A DNA stretch of 64,000 nucleotides from Candidatus Omnitrophota bacterium. GTDB taxonomy: Bacteria > Omnitrophota > Gorgyraeia > Gygaellales > JAHJCI01. A model generated the notes under the pieces. That model was not told the DNA's origin, made no database searches, and saw nothing but the letters and a program-made list of their open reading frames with translations. Location of the stretch: NCBI GenBank assembly GCA_043812035.1, contig JBDRMR010000001.1, forward strand, positions 58 through 64,057, read 5' to 3'. The number at the start of each line of letters is the position of its first letter. Position 1 is the first letter of the stretch. Positions 9,412 to 20,052 of the stretch are shown here, piece by piece. Both the position numbers and the translations under genes were made by a program.

Positions 9412-9533
9412 CCTTGACATTTTTCTATAATTCATGCGCCGGAAAAATGTCAAGGATAAGTTCGGCCTTACGACTTATGTCCTTCGACTTCGCTCAGGAC
9501 ATAAGTCGTGGCCTCACTTACTGATTCATACTG
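9412..9533 (-). promoter_or_regulatory. structured 5' leader element upstream of rpmE (copy 2 of the conserved element); its 5' end overlaps the rho stop codon
   Basis: ccttgacat-(26-nt loop)-atgtcaagg. Then ggccttacgacttatg...cataagtcgtggcctcactta. Aligns with 2513-2600 with covarying stem positions. Confidence 0.5.
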
Positions 9534-10819
9534 TTCAGGAATTCCTCGTTATTCTTGGTTTGAGACATCTTCTCGATAAGCAACTCCATTGCTTCGATAT
9601 TATTCAGCTCATTAAGCACCTTTCTCAATATCCAGATTTTTTGTAACTTGTCCCCGGGGACCAGCAGCTCTTCATGGCGGGTGTTGGATTTCTTAATATC
9701 GATTGCCGGGTAAATCCTCCTCTGGAACAGGTTCCTGTCCAATTGCAGTTCCATATTACCCGTGCCTTTGAATTCCTCAAAAATGACGTCGTCCATACGG
9801 CTGCCCGTATCGACAAGTGCCGTAGCGATAATCGTGAGGCTGCCTCCCTCTTCTATTGCCCTTGCCGCGCCGAAAAACCGCTTCGGCTTCTGAAGGGCGT
9901 TCGAATCTATACCCCCGGAAAGAACCTTGCCGCTGTGTGGTATAACCGCATTATAGGCGCGGGCCAGGCGCGTGATGCTGTCCAGCAATATCACCACATC
10001 CTTCTTATGTTCGATTAACCTCTTTGCCTTCTCAAGGACAATCTCGGCCACCTGAACGTGCCTCTCCGGAGGCTCGTCAAACGTCGAAGAGATAACCTCG
10101 CCTTTAACGTTACGCTGCATATCGGTAACCTCCTCGGGCCTTTCGTCGATAAGCAAGACAATAAGGATTACGTCGGGCTGATTTCGCACTATAGCATTGC
10201 CGAGTTTTTTAAGAAGGACGGTCTTTCCGCTATAAGGCGGAGCCACAATCAAGCTGCGCTGGCCGTAACCGGTAGGCGTCAGCAGGTCCATAATCCGGCA
10301 GGATAACTCATTCGGCTCTGTTTCCAAGACAAAGCGCTCGTGCGGATAAATCGGGGTAAGGTTATCAAACAAAACCTTATCTTTAGCCTCTTCAGGATGA
10401 CCGAAATTTACCGCTTCAATCTTAAGCAGAGCAAAATATTTTTCCCCCTCTTTGGGCGGCCTTATCTGACCGCTGACCGTATCGCCGGTTTTCAAGTCAA
10501 ATTTTCTTATCTGGGAAGGGGAAATATACACGTCGTCGGGACAGGGAAGATAATTATAATTCGGCGACCTCAAAAATCCGAATCCTTCGGACAGAACCTC
10601 CAGCACCCCTTCCCCGAACATCAAGCCTTCTTTCTCTGCCTGGGCTTGAAGAACCTTAAATATGAGGTCTTGCTTCCTCAGGCCGCTTACGCTGTTTATC
10701 CCCATCTGCTTGGCAAGTTTATTTAGCTCGGATATCTTCATTTCTTTTAAATCCCCGATATCCAGCTTTTCGATTTTCTCCGTTTTCTCTGCTTTTTCGG
10801 CTTTCTCAACTTTTTCCAT
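9518..10819 (-). CDS. rho: transcription termination factor Rho
   Basis: 433 aa. RNA-binding and RecA-like ATPase domains. Lys/Glu-rich EKxEK repeat at the N-terminus. Confidence 0.95.
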   Translation of the reverse strand: MEKVEKAEKAEKTEKIEKLDIGDLKEMKISELNKLAKQMGINSVSGLRKQDLIFKVLQAQAEKEGLMFGEGVLEVLSEGFGFLRSPNYNYLPCPDDVYISPSQIRKFDLKTGDTVSGQIRPPKEGEKYFALLKIEAVNFGHPEEAKDKVLFDNLTPIYPHERFVLETEPNELSCRIMDLLTPTGYGQRSLIVAPPYSGKTVLLKKLGNAIVRNQPDVILIVLLIDERPEEVTDMQRNVKGEVISSTFDEPPERHVQVAEIVLEKAKRLIEHKKDVVILLDSITRLARAYNAVIPHSGKVLSGGIDSNALQKPKRFFGAARAIEEGGSLTIIATALVDTGSRMDDVIFEEFKGTGNMELQLDRNLFQRRIYPAIDIKKSNTRHEELLVPGDKLQKIWILRKVLNELNNIEAMELLIEKMSQTKNNEEFLNSMNQ

Positions 10820-11411
10820 CTCTCATACCTCCGGTTATTTTATTCCAAATATCTCTTACTTGTTTTCCGGTCCGGCTCCTCCTTCCGCTGTTATCGACTA
10901 TGAAATCAGCAAACCCGAGCTTCTGCACTTGCGGCAGCTGAAAATTCTGCCTGTTTTTTATCTCATCGGCTGTTAAGCCGCTCTTTTTCAATCTCCGAAT
11001 CCGGACATCGGATTTGGCCTTGACCACCACTACCGCGTCAACCTTATGCTGCAGCCCGGTCTCAATCAACAGCGGCGCATCCACGGCTAAAGTTTCGCTC
11101 TTCGCAGAACCCTTAATTCTACTGTCGATTATTTTTAATATCCCGGGGTGTATTATCGCGTTAAGCTTATCCAGGGCTCCTTTATCGTTAAATACGATTC
11201 TGGCAAGCTTTTTTCGATTAATGCGAGGCTTTCGGCCGGAAAGAATATCCTTGCCAAAACAAGCCACAAGCCGCCTATAGACCTTGCCGGGCGGCTGCAT
11301 CAATTGATGCGCAATCCTGTCGGCATCTATTACCTCTGCTCCCAGCCGCCGGAACATCCCGGCAACGGTAGTTTTGCCTGAGCCGAAATTACCCGTGATG
11401 CCTATCACCAT
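10806..11411 (-). CDS. coaE: dephospho-CoA kinase
   Basis: 201 aa. P-loop [15 protein letters not shown] and a CoaE-like fold. Confidence 0.85.
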   Translation of the reverse strand: MVIGITGNFGSGKTTVAGMFRRLGAEVIDADRIAHQLMQPPGKVYRRLVACFGKDILSGRKPRINRKKLARIVFNDKGALDKLNAIIHPGILKIIDSRIKGSAKSETLAVDAPLLIETGLQHKVDAVVVVKAKSDVRIRRLKKSGLTADEIKNRQNFQLPQVQKLGFADFIVDNSGRRSRTGKQVRDIWNKITGGMRDGKS

Positions 11412-11482
11412 ATTTCCTTTAAAAGGATTGATTTTTGATATTTGAATTAGGCGTTCAAGGAATAGTTCTTGAATCGGCTAAA

Positions 11483-12871
11483 TTACTTAGCAATCAGTTT
11501 CTGGTACAGTTGAATGTATTTTTTAGCCGACTCCTGCCAGGAGAAATTCGCTTTCATACCCCTGTCTATCTTTGCCTGCCATCTCTTTTTGTCCTTATAC
11601 AGGGATATAGCCTCCCTTACCGTTTCAACCAAAGCGGGTGCGCTATAGTTGTCAAAAATAAAACCGTTTGATTTATCTATCGTATCGGCTAAGCCTCCGG
11701 TCTTAAACACCAGGGGGGCGGTTGCGTATTTTAAGCTGATCATCTGCCCCAGGCCGCAGGGCTCGAATCTGGACGGCATTAAGAATATATCCGAACCGGC
11801 GTATATTTTATGCGCAAGAGCATTATCGAACTTGAGGAACAGGCGGAACGCTTTTTTAAATTTCCTGCTTTTTTCTTCCAGGAGCTTATGATATTTTATA
11901 TCGCCGGTCCCCAGTATTATCAGCTGCAAGTTAAGTTTGCACATATCTTCGAGGGCTTCGGCGAGTATATCCAATCCCTTCTGTTCGGCCAAGCGCGAGA
12001 CCATGCCAAGCAAAGGAACCTCTCTGTTTACGGTCAATTTGCATTCGCGCTGCAATCCCTCTTTGTTCTTATATTTATCTTTCAAATTCCGGGCATCGTA
12101 TTTATTGAAAATAAGTTTATCGGTTGAGGGATCCCAGGCAGAATAGTCCAGCCCGTTTAATATCCCGAACAGTACGTTCCTCCTCCCGGCAAGAACGCCG
12201 TCCAGCCCGCAGCCGAATTCTTTGGTCTGTATCTCGGCGGCATATGAGGAGCTTACCGTATTGATGCAGTCGGAAAAAACAATGCCTCCCTTTAAGATAT
12301 TGCCCTTGTCGTAGAACTCGAGCCGCTCCATATTAAAAAGAGACCAGTCCAGGCCCAGCTTGGGAAATTCCTCCCGGGCAAACGTGCCTTGATAGGCTAA
12401 GTTATGAATGGTAAGCAAAGTCTTAGTATCTCTGTAAAAAGAATCGCAAGAATAGACGGTTTTAAGATAAATCGGAATCAGAGAAGCCTGCCAGTCGTGA
12501 ACGTGAATTATGTCGGGTTTAAATTGAATCTGTTTGAGCAATTCCAGGCACTTGCGGGAGTAGAAAGAAAACCTTTCTATATTATCGGGATAGTCTCCCT
12601 GTTTGTCGCCGTAAAGCCCCTCCCGGTCAAAATATTTATCGTTTTGGATAAAATATACCTTGATATCCTTTCCTGCCTTGCCGGTCAGGATCCCCGGGAG
12701 CAAAGGCTTGACTTCGAATTTGGTAAGCGAGGCCTTTTTATAATACGGCGTAACGATAATGACCTCCTGTTTGAGCTTCTCCAGAGCCAAAGGCAAAGCC
12801 CCGGCTACGTCAGCCAGACCTCCGGTCTTGGCGAACGGAACCGCTTCCGACGCACACACAGCTATTTTCAT
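11483..12871 (-). CDS. glgA: glycogen synthase (ADP-glucose type)
   Basis: MKIAVCASEAVPFAKTGGLADV N-terminus is typical of GlgA. Start chosen at the internal Met (ATG 12869-12871), which removes the overlap with polA. The track ORF begins 8 codons earlier at 12895. Confidence 0.9.
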   Translation of the reverse strand: MKIAVCASEAVPFAKTGGLADVAGALPLALEKLKQEVIIVTPYYKKASLTKFEVKPLLPGILTGKAGKDIKVYFIQNDKYFDREGLYGDKQGDYPDNIERFSFYSRKCLELLKQIQFKPDIIHVHDWQASLIPIYLKTVYSCDSFYRDTKTLLTIHNLAYQGTFAREEFPKLGLDWSLFNMERLEFYDKGNILKGGIVFSDCINTVSSSYAAEIQTKEFGCGLDGVLAGRRNVLFGILNGLDYSAWDPSTDKLIFNKYDARNLKDKYKNKEGLQRECKLTVNREVPLLGMVSRLAEQKGLDILAEALEDMCKLNLQLIILGTGDIKYHKLLEEKSRKFKKAFRLFLKFDNALAHKIYAGSDIFLMPSRFEPCGLGQMISLKYATAPLVFKTGGLADTIDKSNGFIFDNYSAPALVETVREAISLYKDKKRWQAKIDRGMKANFSWQESAKKYIQLYQKLIAK

Positions 12872-15447
12872 CGAACCTCCTCCATTTCCAGCCAATTCTT
12901 TCCCACCTTGGCCACTGCCCTTATGGGGACATTAAATTTAACACATCCTTCCATCTGCCGACGGACCAGCTTAATCAACTCATCCGATTCCGGCGCCGGG
13001 ACTTCAAAAACAAGCTCGTCGTGTATTTGTAAAATAAGCTTTGACTTAAGTCCCGATTTTCGTATTTCGCAAGAAATATCGACCATTGCCTTTTTTATCA
13101 GGTCGGCGGCCGAGCCCTGAACCGGCGTATTTATCGCCTGCCTTTCGGCGAATTGCCTCATTCCGGCATTATTACTGTCGATTCCCGAAATGTATCTCCT
13201 GCGCCCCAATATCGTCGTGACGTATCCATCTTGCCTGGCCCTCTGGATCTGGCTCACAATGTAATCCTTGACTCCGGGGTATCTGGAAAAATAAGCGTCG
13301 ATAAAATTGCCCGCCTCTTCCTGAGTAATCCCCAAATCTCTGCTTAAACCGTAGCTGCTCAAGCCGTATATAATTCCGAAATTAATCCTTTTTGCTACCT
13401 CCCGCATCTTGTCGTCGATGTCCTTATGGCCCAATCCATAGATCAAAGAGGCGGTAGCAATGTGAATATCCCGGTCGTTATTAAAGGCATCGATGAGCTG
13501 GGAATCCCCGGAAAGATGGGCCAGTAGCCTTAATTCTATCTGAGAATAATCGAAAGAGGCGAGAAGATTATTTTCTCCGGAAACGATTATTGCCTTTCTT
13601 ATCTGGCGCCCGATATCGCCCTTTATAGGAAGATTCTGCAAATTAGGATTGGCGGAGCTGAGCCTTCCGGTTTGTGTTCCGGTTTGATTGAATGAAGCGT
13701 GGATTCGCTTTGTTTCAGGGTCAACCAGGGCCGGAAAAGCGTCCACATAGGTTGATTTTATCTTAGTAAGTTTTCTGTACTCAAGCAATACCCCGGGCAG
13801 AGGGTGCTGACCGGCAAGCCTGTTTAAAACCTCCTCGTCCGTAGAAGGCCCGCTTTTTGTTTTTTTCTGAACCGGCAATTTCAGCCTCTCGAATAGAATG
13901 CTCCTCAGCTGCTTGGGAGAATTAATATTAAATTGGGTTCCGGAAAGTTCGTATATTTTTTCCACCAGGCCGATCAATTGTCTTTCAATCTGCCGGGATA
14001 AAGACTCAAGAAGCTCCAGGTCAACCGCTACTCCGGCGAGCTCCATTTCGCCGAGCACGTCAATCAAGGGCATTTCCAGATTGAAGAAAAGTGAATCCAA
14101 TTCCTTTTCTCTCAGCTCCTTTTCTAAAACAGACTTTAATCTCAGTATAAAACCGCAGGCCGTATCCGGCCGTAAGCTGCGAACATCCACTGCCTCTTTA
14201 AAATAATCCCAGACCGCTTCGGATAAGGCATAATCGGCTCCCGAAGGATTCAGCAAATACGCGGCAATCATTGTATCGAAATACAAGCCATCTAATCTTA
14301 TCTTTCTTTTAGCCAGCTTTACTTTTAACTCTTTAAGATTATGGCCGATTTTCTTAATACCGGGGTTGCTTAATATACTCAAGACATCATCGTTTAAATC
14401 CCGGTCGTTGAACTCGGCAAAAATCTTTTTTTCTGCCGCAAAAATAGCGAGCCTGTCGTCCCGATGGGTTAAAACCAGCTCCTTCCCGCCGTCAGAAACT
14501 ATTTTTTTTATGGTGCTTGCGTCTGCGGACTCACGGGCGCTTTCCGCCCCCTCAACCGCGCCGGCGGAAGAACTTTGAGGCAAATTTTCCAGCAGGCTCC
14601 TGAATTCCAATTGTCTGAATATATTGCGTAAAACAAAATAATCGGGCTCTCCCAACTTCAATTTACCCAGGTCAAAATCCAACTCCACGTCTTCCCTTAG
14701 TTTAATCAGGCTGCGATTCAGCATAATCTGCTGCGAACTCTCCTTCAAAGCCTCCTGCAATCTCTGAGGCTTGATTTTCTCAAGATTATCCAGTATGCCC
14801 TCAATAGATTTATAATCCCGGATGAGCCTGGCAGCAGTCTTCTCTCCTATCCCCTTAACCGGAGGAATGTTGTCTGCCGGGTCTCCGGTCAGGGAAATGA
14901 AATCAATCATCTGACTCGGCTCAATGCCGAATTGCTCCCGAACCCTCTTTGAATTATAGAGCGTGCCTTTTTTATCTTTGTACGGACTAAAAACTTTGAC
15001 GTTTTCATCTACCAATTGCAGAATATCCTTATCAGAACTGATAATCACCACATCCATCCCTGCCTTCCTTGCCTTCCTGGTCAGGGTGGCAAGCAGGTCA
15101 TCGGCTTCAAATCCGGCCTTCTCGTACATGGCAATGCCGTAAGCCCGGATTATCTGTTTTATTATGGGTATCTGGCCGGCTAAATCGTCGGGCATCGGGG
15201 GACGCTGAATCTTATACTTGGCGAATTCACGCTGCCGGAAGGTATCTCTGGATACATCAAAGCAGGCTCCCAGATATTCGGGGTTCTCCTGCTTTAAAAT
15301 CTTGTTAAAAAAATTTACGAATCCGTAAATTGCGTTTGTCGGCTGACCAAACGAGGTGCTCAAGCCCCTTAAAGCATAAAATGCGCGATAGCAATAAGCA
15401 GTGGCGTCGATAAGCAACAACCGCTGTGAGGTCCGATCAGTCTGCAT
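12868..15447 (-). CDS. polA: DNA polymerase I
   Basis: 859 aa. 5'-3' exonuclease N-domain and a family A polymerase domain (RRxxKxxNFGxxYG region, QIHDELVFE). Confidence 0.95.
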   Translation of the reverse strand: MQTDRTSQRLLLIDATAYCYRAFYALRGLSTSFGQPTNAIYGFVNFFNKILKQENPEYLGACFDVSRDTFRQREFAKYKIQRPPMPDDLAGQIPIIKQIIRAYGIAMYEKAGFEADDLLATLTRKARKAGMDVVIISSDKDILQLVDENVKVFSPYKDKKGTLYNSKRVREQFGIEPSQMIDFISLTGDPADNIPPVKGIGEKTAARLIRDYKSIEGILDNLEKIKPQRLQEALKESSQQIMLNRSLIKLREDVELDFDLGKLKLGEPDYFVLRNIFRQLEFRSLLENLPQSSSAGAVEGAESARESADASTIKKIVSDGGKELVLTHRDDRLAIFAAEKKIFAEFNDRDLNDDVLSILSNPGIKKIGHNLKELKVKLAKRKIRLDGLYFDTMIAAYLLNPSGADYALSEAVWDYFKEAVDVRSLRPDTACGFILRLKSVLEKELREKELDSLFFNLEMPLIDVLGEMELAGVAVDLELLESLSRQIERQLIGLVEKIYELSGTQFNINSPKQLRSILFERLKLPVQKKTKSGPSTDEEVLNRLAGQHPLPGVLLEYRKLTKIKSTYVDAFPALVDPETKRIHASFNQTGTQTGRLSSANPNLQNLPIKGDIGRQIRKAIIVSGENNLLASFDYSQIELRLLAHLSGDSQLIDAFNNDRDIHIATASLIYGLGHKDIDDKMREVAKRINFGIIYGLSSYGLSRDLGITQEEAGNFIDAYFSRYPGVKDYIVSQIQRARQDGYVTTILGRRRYISGIDSNNAGMRQFAERQAINTPVQGSAADLIKKAMVDISCEIRKSGLKSKLILQIHDELVFEVPAPESDELIKLVRRQMEGCVKFNVPIRAVAKVGKNWLEMEEVR

Positions 15448-15542
15448 TTGCCAACATTACGTCCATTAACCGTTATGTACTCTTTGAGTTTTAAAGTCGG
15501 CTGAGATTTTTTTCAAAGACATTGAAAGAAACGGCTGGGAGA

Positions 15543-16544
15543 TCAATTATCTTTAAGGCTTGAGGTAATCTCCGCGGAAATCTTTTCAAGTTCGCGCTTT
15601 GCTTCCTGAAGGTCGTCTTTCTGGTAATATCCCATTGCGTTTTGAAAATAATTTTCCATTTCGGCAATGCGGGCCCTTTTCCTTATTTCTTCTCTGAGGC
15701 TCAATAACTCCTGTCTATTTTCCGGATTGAGGTCTAAGACAAGGTCGAGGAGATCGATTGCTTTCGCATACTCTGCGTTTTGATATAATCTTTTTGCTTC
15801 GTTTACCAGCCCGTTGATTTTGGCGATACGGGCTTTCTTCTCCACTTCATCCCTAAAGCTCAACAGCTCCTCTTTGTTTGTCGGATTGAGATTTAAGGCA
15901 AGGTTAACGCTGTTGAGCGCCTTTTCGTATTCGCCGCTTTGGTACAAATTTTTTGCCTCGTTATACAGCCTGTTTATTTCGGCTAACTCTTTTAACCTTT
16001 CTTCTCTTCTCTTGACTGCCAACTCCTCGGCTAACTCTGCTGCCTGTGCCTTAAGATACTCCTGCTTAAGTTCCGGCACAAATTCTCTTAGCGCTACCAG
16101 CCTCTCTTGTGCTTTTTTTACCCAAACGTCTCCGGGCGGGCCTAATTCTATTCTTTTTTTCCAAAATCTGGCAGCGCTTACGTATTCCTTGTTTTTCTCG
16201 TATAGCATAGCCAGATTTGTGTATAAATTAGGATAATTAGGGTCGGTTTTCAGGCCGGCCAGATAGGCTTCTTCGGCCTTGTCGTCCATCCCTACGGCTT
16301 CGTAGACGATGCCCAAGTCGTTGTATGCGGCTGTGTAAGTCGGGTCTAAAATTATGGCTTTATGATAACATGCCATCGCTTCATCGAGACGCCCTTGGGA
16401 TTGAAACTCAAAGCCCTGTTTGCGATAGTATCGGGAACGTTCTAAAAGAAGTGGCAATTCCTTTGCGGGGAGCAAGGCAGGTAAGAAAAGGCAAACGGCA
16501 AGGAATATAAAAACATAACTACTTTTCTTTAAATATCTTAACAT
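15543..16544 (-). CDS. secreted TPR-repeat protein
   Basis: 333 aa. N-terminal signal peptide (FIFLAVCLFLPALLPA). Multiple TPR-like repeats (AxxxYxxAI...P). Confidence 0.7.
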   Translation of the reverse strand: MLRYLKKSSYVFIFLAVCLFLPALLPAKELPLLLERSRYYRKQGFEFQSQGRLDEAMACYHKAIILDPTYTAAYNDLGIVYEAVGMDDKAEEAYLAGLKTDPNYPNLYTNLAMLYEKNKEYVSAARFWKKRIELGPPGDVWVKKAQERLVALREFVPELKQEYLKAQAAELAEELAVKRREERLKELAEINRLYNEAKNLYQSGEYEKALNSVNLALNLNPTNKEELLSFRDEVEKKARIAKINGLVNEAKRLYQNAEYAKAIDLLDLVLDLNPENRQELLSLREEIRKRARIAEMENYFQNAMGYYQKDDLQEAKRELEKISAEITSSLKDN

Positions 16545-16591
16545 ATTTGATTTTAAAATACAAGATAAAAATTAAAAAGTCAAGAGAAAAT

Positions 16592-18772
16592 TTACAACAG
16601 AGCGGGCATGCTTAACGCAGGGTGTCCGACTTTAGACAAAAACTCCAGAAGTTGCTCCGAAGTAGTAGATTGCGTCTCGTCGGCAATCTTATCCGGTAAA
16701 TCCGGGTATCCGCTTTCCTGGCAACTCTGTTTTAATTTTCCCCCCAAACTTTCCTTTAACTCTTTAGGCATCCATACTATGCGGGCTAATCCGCCGTCCG
16801 CGGAAATAAATTTTTTACTCAAGATATAAAGTTTGCCTATGCCCAAAAAACCCGGGGTCTGAACGCCTCCTCCTACCGAACCGGCCAATCCGGTAAAGGT
16901 CATCCCGCAGGGCGTCATGCCGGAATGGTCGCGGTTAACAATCATAAAACCGTTTGCTTCGGGAATAATTGCCACGATGCACTCGAAGCATCCGCAAGAA
17001 CTCTGAGGACTATCCATAAGTGAGTACATGCTTACTTTACTTATGGTCTTATTTGATTTTTCATACACAAATCTGTTCACGTTTTCCCATTGGCCGAACT
17101 TCTGCTCGAGTACCTTTCCTTTTGTTATCGGCTGGTTTGGACCGGTGGGCGTAATCTCGTAGCAGGTCTTGGCATCCAGCCAGGAATAAGCCCCGCAGAG
17201 ACCCAGTCGCTCAGGGGTAACGATGCAAACATGATTAGGAGCGAAGGATTGGCAAAGTAAACACGAATAATACGTGTCCACGCTCTCGTCAGTCATGCCG
17301 CTTATGCGGCTATCCCGCTCATCGTATACCTTTCTTGCTCCGGACAATAATCTTTCCACGTCGGGAAGCTGGGTATATAACTTTACCTGTACCTTATCCA
17401 CGATTGCGCCGTAGTCCTTATGAAACATTGCGTGTAAAAATATACCGAAATGCTTAAGGCGAATGCCCTTGCTGAAAGCCTGCTGATTTATCCTTATCCA
17501 GCACATATCTCTCTGGCCGATATGCATAATTCCCATTGCGTAATTTGTATACCGGTGTATCTGGCGCTCCAGGACCGGCTCGAAATCTTTTTGCATCTTG
17601 CGGCCGGCCACTTCCGCAACAATCGCAAGGGGCATTGATTTTTTCTCCTTATCCAACTGGTCTATGTCGGGGCCGATAAGTTCGACTTTCCCGTCTTCGA
17701 CCTCTCCCAGTTCATTAGAGGTGAGGTATTCGAGAGCCGTGGAAGCCTTTCCGCCGAATTCAACATACAACTGCTCCCTCCTCACGCGCTCTCCCTCAAA
17801 AGCCGCTGCGTAAGGAACCGGGATGGGAATTTGAGTGACCGTAACTTTAACTCCTCTTACCTCGATAGCCCGCGCAACAATCTTTTTATGGTCAAGCTCC
17901 TTAACCAAAGCCTCGTAAGTGGTTATGCCCGAGGGTCTAATCTCTGGAATCTCGGTATCGGCTATTACCGGAAAACCCATATTAATCGCTCCGGCTCCGG
18001 TGGCGTATTTTAAATCGTCGACTTCGCCCAAGGTCAGCCCGAAGGCAAATACTCTCTCTTTTGTGTACAACAGGCATTGCTTTGCCTGGCCGGCTTTCAA
18101 TCCGCCGAAGGTAAGCGCCGAACGGATAGCCCAGTTCAGAGGATATATTGCCGAAACCGTATCCCTTCCGTAAGGGACAATATAATTGTCCCAACCCATC
18201 TGCACATCCTCCTCGATTAATTGGTCGATTACGGAGCGCCCGCCGGTGCTTGAGCCGACGAAAATAAGGATGTTCCTCTCCTGCAATTGACGAACGATTT
18301 CAACTGCGGTCCGGTTATCCGGCGCCGCGCCAAGGATTGCCGCAAATCCCGGCATGCGGCCGTCAACCAGTTGAATCCCCAGGGAACGCATAATCGTATC
18401 GGTAAAGAAACCGTTGCAGTCTTTCTGCGGCTCCTTGCCGTTGAGATACCGCAAAGCCATAATTATCTCCTCGGCCAGAAGAGTGGCGATTCCCGCATCC
18501 AGCGCATTGCCTAAATAAGGAAGCCAAAGATTTTCGGAAGGCTCTCCGGGCAATAAAGACCTGGCGTGCTCTAATACGGGCCTTGCGTCCTTTAAAGTCT
18601 TTACCTGAACTCCCAATAAAGCGTATGTCATCGGAAGATAAAAAGCCGTTTCCGGAAACTCTAATTTCTGCGCTTCTTGTTTCTCTTCTACCGCCTTATT
18701 TAAGGAATCCTGTGCTTCTTTAACAATTTTTTTTGCTCCGCGAATAACCGCTGTTGCAACAACCCTGGACAT
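16592..18772 (-). CDS. acsB: acetyl-CoA synthase catalytic subunit (CODH/ACS A-cluster subunit, AcsB/CdhC type)
   Basis: 726 aa. A-cluster cysteines are present: CxxC...C...C (YYSCLLCQSF...VCIV...LCGAY) and the Ni-bridging Cys-Gly-Cys (SSCGCFEC). Confidence 0.85.
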   Translation of the reverse strand: MSRVVATAVIRGAKKIVKEAQDSLNKAVEEKQEAQKLEFPETAFYLPMTYALLGVQVKTLKDARPVLEHARSLLPGEPSENLWLPYLGNALDAGIATLLAEEIIMALRYLNGKEPQKDCNGFFTDTIMRSLGIQLVDGRMPGFAAILGAAPDNRTAVEIVRQLQERNILIFVGSSTGGRSVIDQLIEEDVQMGWDNYIVPYGRDTVSAIYPLNWAIRSALTFGGLKAGQAKQCLLYTKERVFAFGLTLGEVDDLKYATGAGAINMGFPVIADTEIPEIRPSGITTYEALVKELDHKKIVARAIEVRGVKVTVTQIPIPVPYAAAFEGERVRREQLYVEFGGKASTALEYLTSNELGEVEDGKVELIGPDIDQLDKEKKSMPLAIVAEVAGRKMQKDFEPVLERQIHRYTNYAMGIMHIGQRDMCWIRINQQAFSKGIRLKHFGIFLHAMFHKDYGAIVDKVQVKLYTQLPDVERLLSGARKVYDERDSRISGMTDESVDTYYSCLLCQSFAPNHVCIVTPERLGLCGAYSWLDAKTCYEITPTGPNQPITKGKVLEQKFGQWENVNRFVYEKSNKTISKVSMYSLMDSPQSSCGCFECIVAIIPEANGFMIVNRDHSGMTPCGMTFTGLAGSVGGGVQTPGFLGIGKLYILSKKFISADGGLARIVWMPKELKESLGGKLKQSCQESGYPDLPDKIADETQSTTSEQLLEFLSKVGHPALSMPALL

Positions 18773-18785
18773 CGATTCCCCCCTT

Positions 18786-20051
18786 TTAAACTATATAAAC
18801 CTCGTCCTTCTGTTTGAGCAAATCTAATATCTTAGCGTAATTAAAAGTTTCCGATGACAACTCATCCTTAATGAAAGATATGTCGGTTTCTTCTTTTATA
18901 AGCCTTAAAAATACTCCGCAATTCCTTATATCTCCAACAGCAATCATCCCGGCGAGGCGATTCCCCTTCAAAACAAACTTTTTATAAATATCTCTCTTTT
19001 CGTCCAAGAAGACAATCTCTTCGAATTCAGGGCTCTTGGGTCTGATTATTCCGATGGAGATAGCGCAGAGGCCGAAGAATTCAATTGAATTCATTGACAT
19101 TGAGCCGCCGTATTCGATATCCTGACCGGCCATATTAAAACCGGCTACCCTGCCTTGCTCAACCGCGTTAGGCCAAAGAGCATTAACGGCGCTGTTTTTA
19201 TAGGCGAGGTCAAAACTCTGGGCTACGTCTCCGGCGGCAAAAATATTAGGAACGTTTGTTTTCATGTATTTATCAACGAGTATCCCCTTATCGGTATTTA
19301 TCCGGGTTTCTTTGATTAAATCCGTATTCGGACTTACCCCTTTGCCTATAACCAGGATTGAACAAGCAATGACCTTGCCGGTGTCGAGCTTTATTGCCTT
19401 CAAATCTCCGTTTCCTAAAATCTCTACGATGTCCCTGCCGGTCATAATCTCTACTCCGGCCTCCCGGAATCTCTTCATAAAAAATCCAGCCCCCTTCTCG
19501 TCGAGCATCTGGGAAAGGACAAATCCGGATTTAACGATTACCTTTATTCCCTGCTTTCTCTTTAAAAGCCCATAAGCGGCCTTAAAACCGATCAATCCTC
19601 CGCCCAATACGCAGCTGGTAGAAGAAACCGGCACCAAGCCCAAAATCTCTTTTGCGTCCTTTATTGTCCTGAATCCGAACACCCCTCTTTTCTTAAGGGC
19701 CTTCAGGTCCGGCGGAAACTTCGCCGAAGCGCCGGTAGCAATAAGCAGCGCATCGTAACCTATCGAGGTCTTATCCTCAAAAACCACCTTATTTTTCTTC
19801 GGTTCGACTTTTGTCACCTTCTTATTAAGAATTAAATCCAGATTATTCTCCTTGTAAAAACTCTGGGGCCTGTAGACCAGTTTTTCTTCCGGAACGTCTC
19901 CGGCTAAAAAATAGGAGATAAGGCAACGGCAGTAGGCGTCGTAATCCTCTTCAGAGATTATGGTAATCTTGCCGCCTCTGTCTTTATCCCTGATTGCCTC
20001 CGCAGCGGCTATTCCCGCCGCGGAATTGCCGACAATAACGAAATTTTTCAT
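18786..20051 (-). CDS. FAD/NAD(P)-dependent pyridine nucleotide-disulfide family oxidoreductase (CODH-associated FNOR-like)
   Basis: 421 aa. N-terminal GxGxxG (VIVGNSAAGIAAA) and a second dinucleotide-binding motif. Gene order cooS-cooF-FNOR matches the clostridial cooS1 modules. Confidence 0.7.
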   Translation of the reverse strand: MKNFVIVGNSAAGIAAAEAIRDKDRGGKITIISEEDYDAYCRCLISYFLAGDVPEEKLVYRPQSFYKENNLDLILNKKVTKVEPKKNKVVFEDKTSIGYDALLIATGASAKFPPDLKALKKRGVFGFRTIKDAKEILGLVPVSSTSCVLGGGLIGFKAAYGLLKRKQGIKVIVKSGFVLSQMLDEKGAGFFMKRFREAGVEIMTGRDIVEILGNGDLKAIKLDTGKVIACSILVIGKGVSPNTDLIKETRINTDKGILVDKYMKTNVPNIFAAGDVAQSFDLAYKNSAVNALWPNAVEQGRVAGFNMAGQDIEYGGSMSMNSIEFFGLCAISIGIIRPKSPEFEEIVFLDEKRDIYKKFVLKGNRLAGMIAVGDIRNCGVFLRLIKEETDISFIKDELSSETFNYAKILDLLKQKDEVYIV

Positions 20052-20052
20052 C

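Noticed and set aside
15448-15542. Possible terminator or promoter in the polA-TPR spacer
   Set aside because: There is only a weak AT-rich 6-bp stem (tttcaa/ttgaaa) and no clear -35/-10 pair. The evidence is insufficient.
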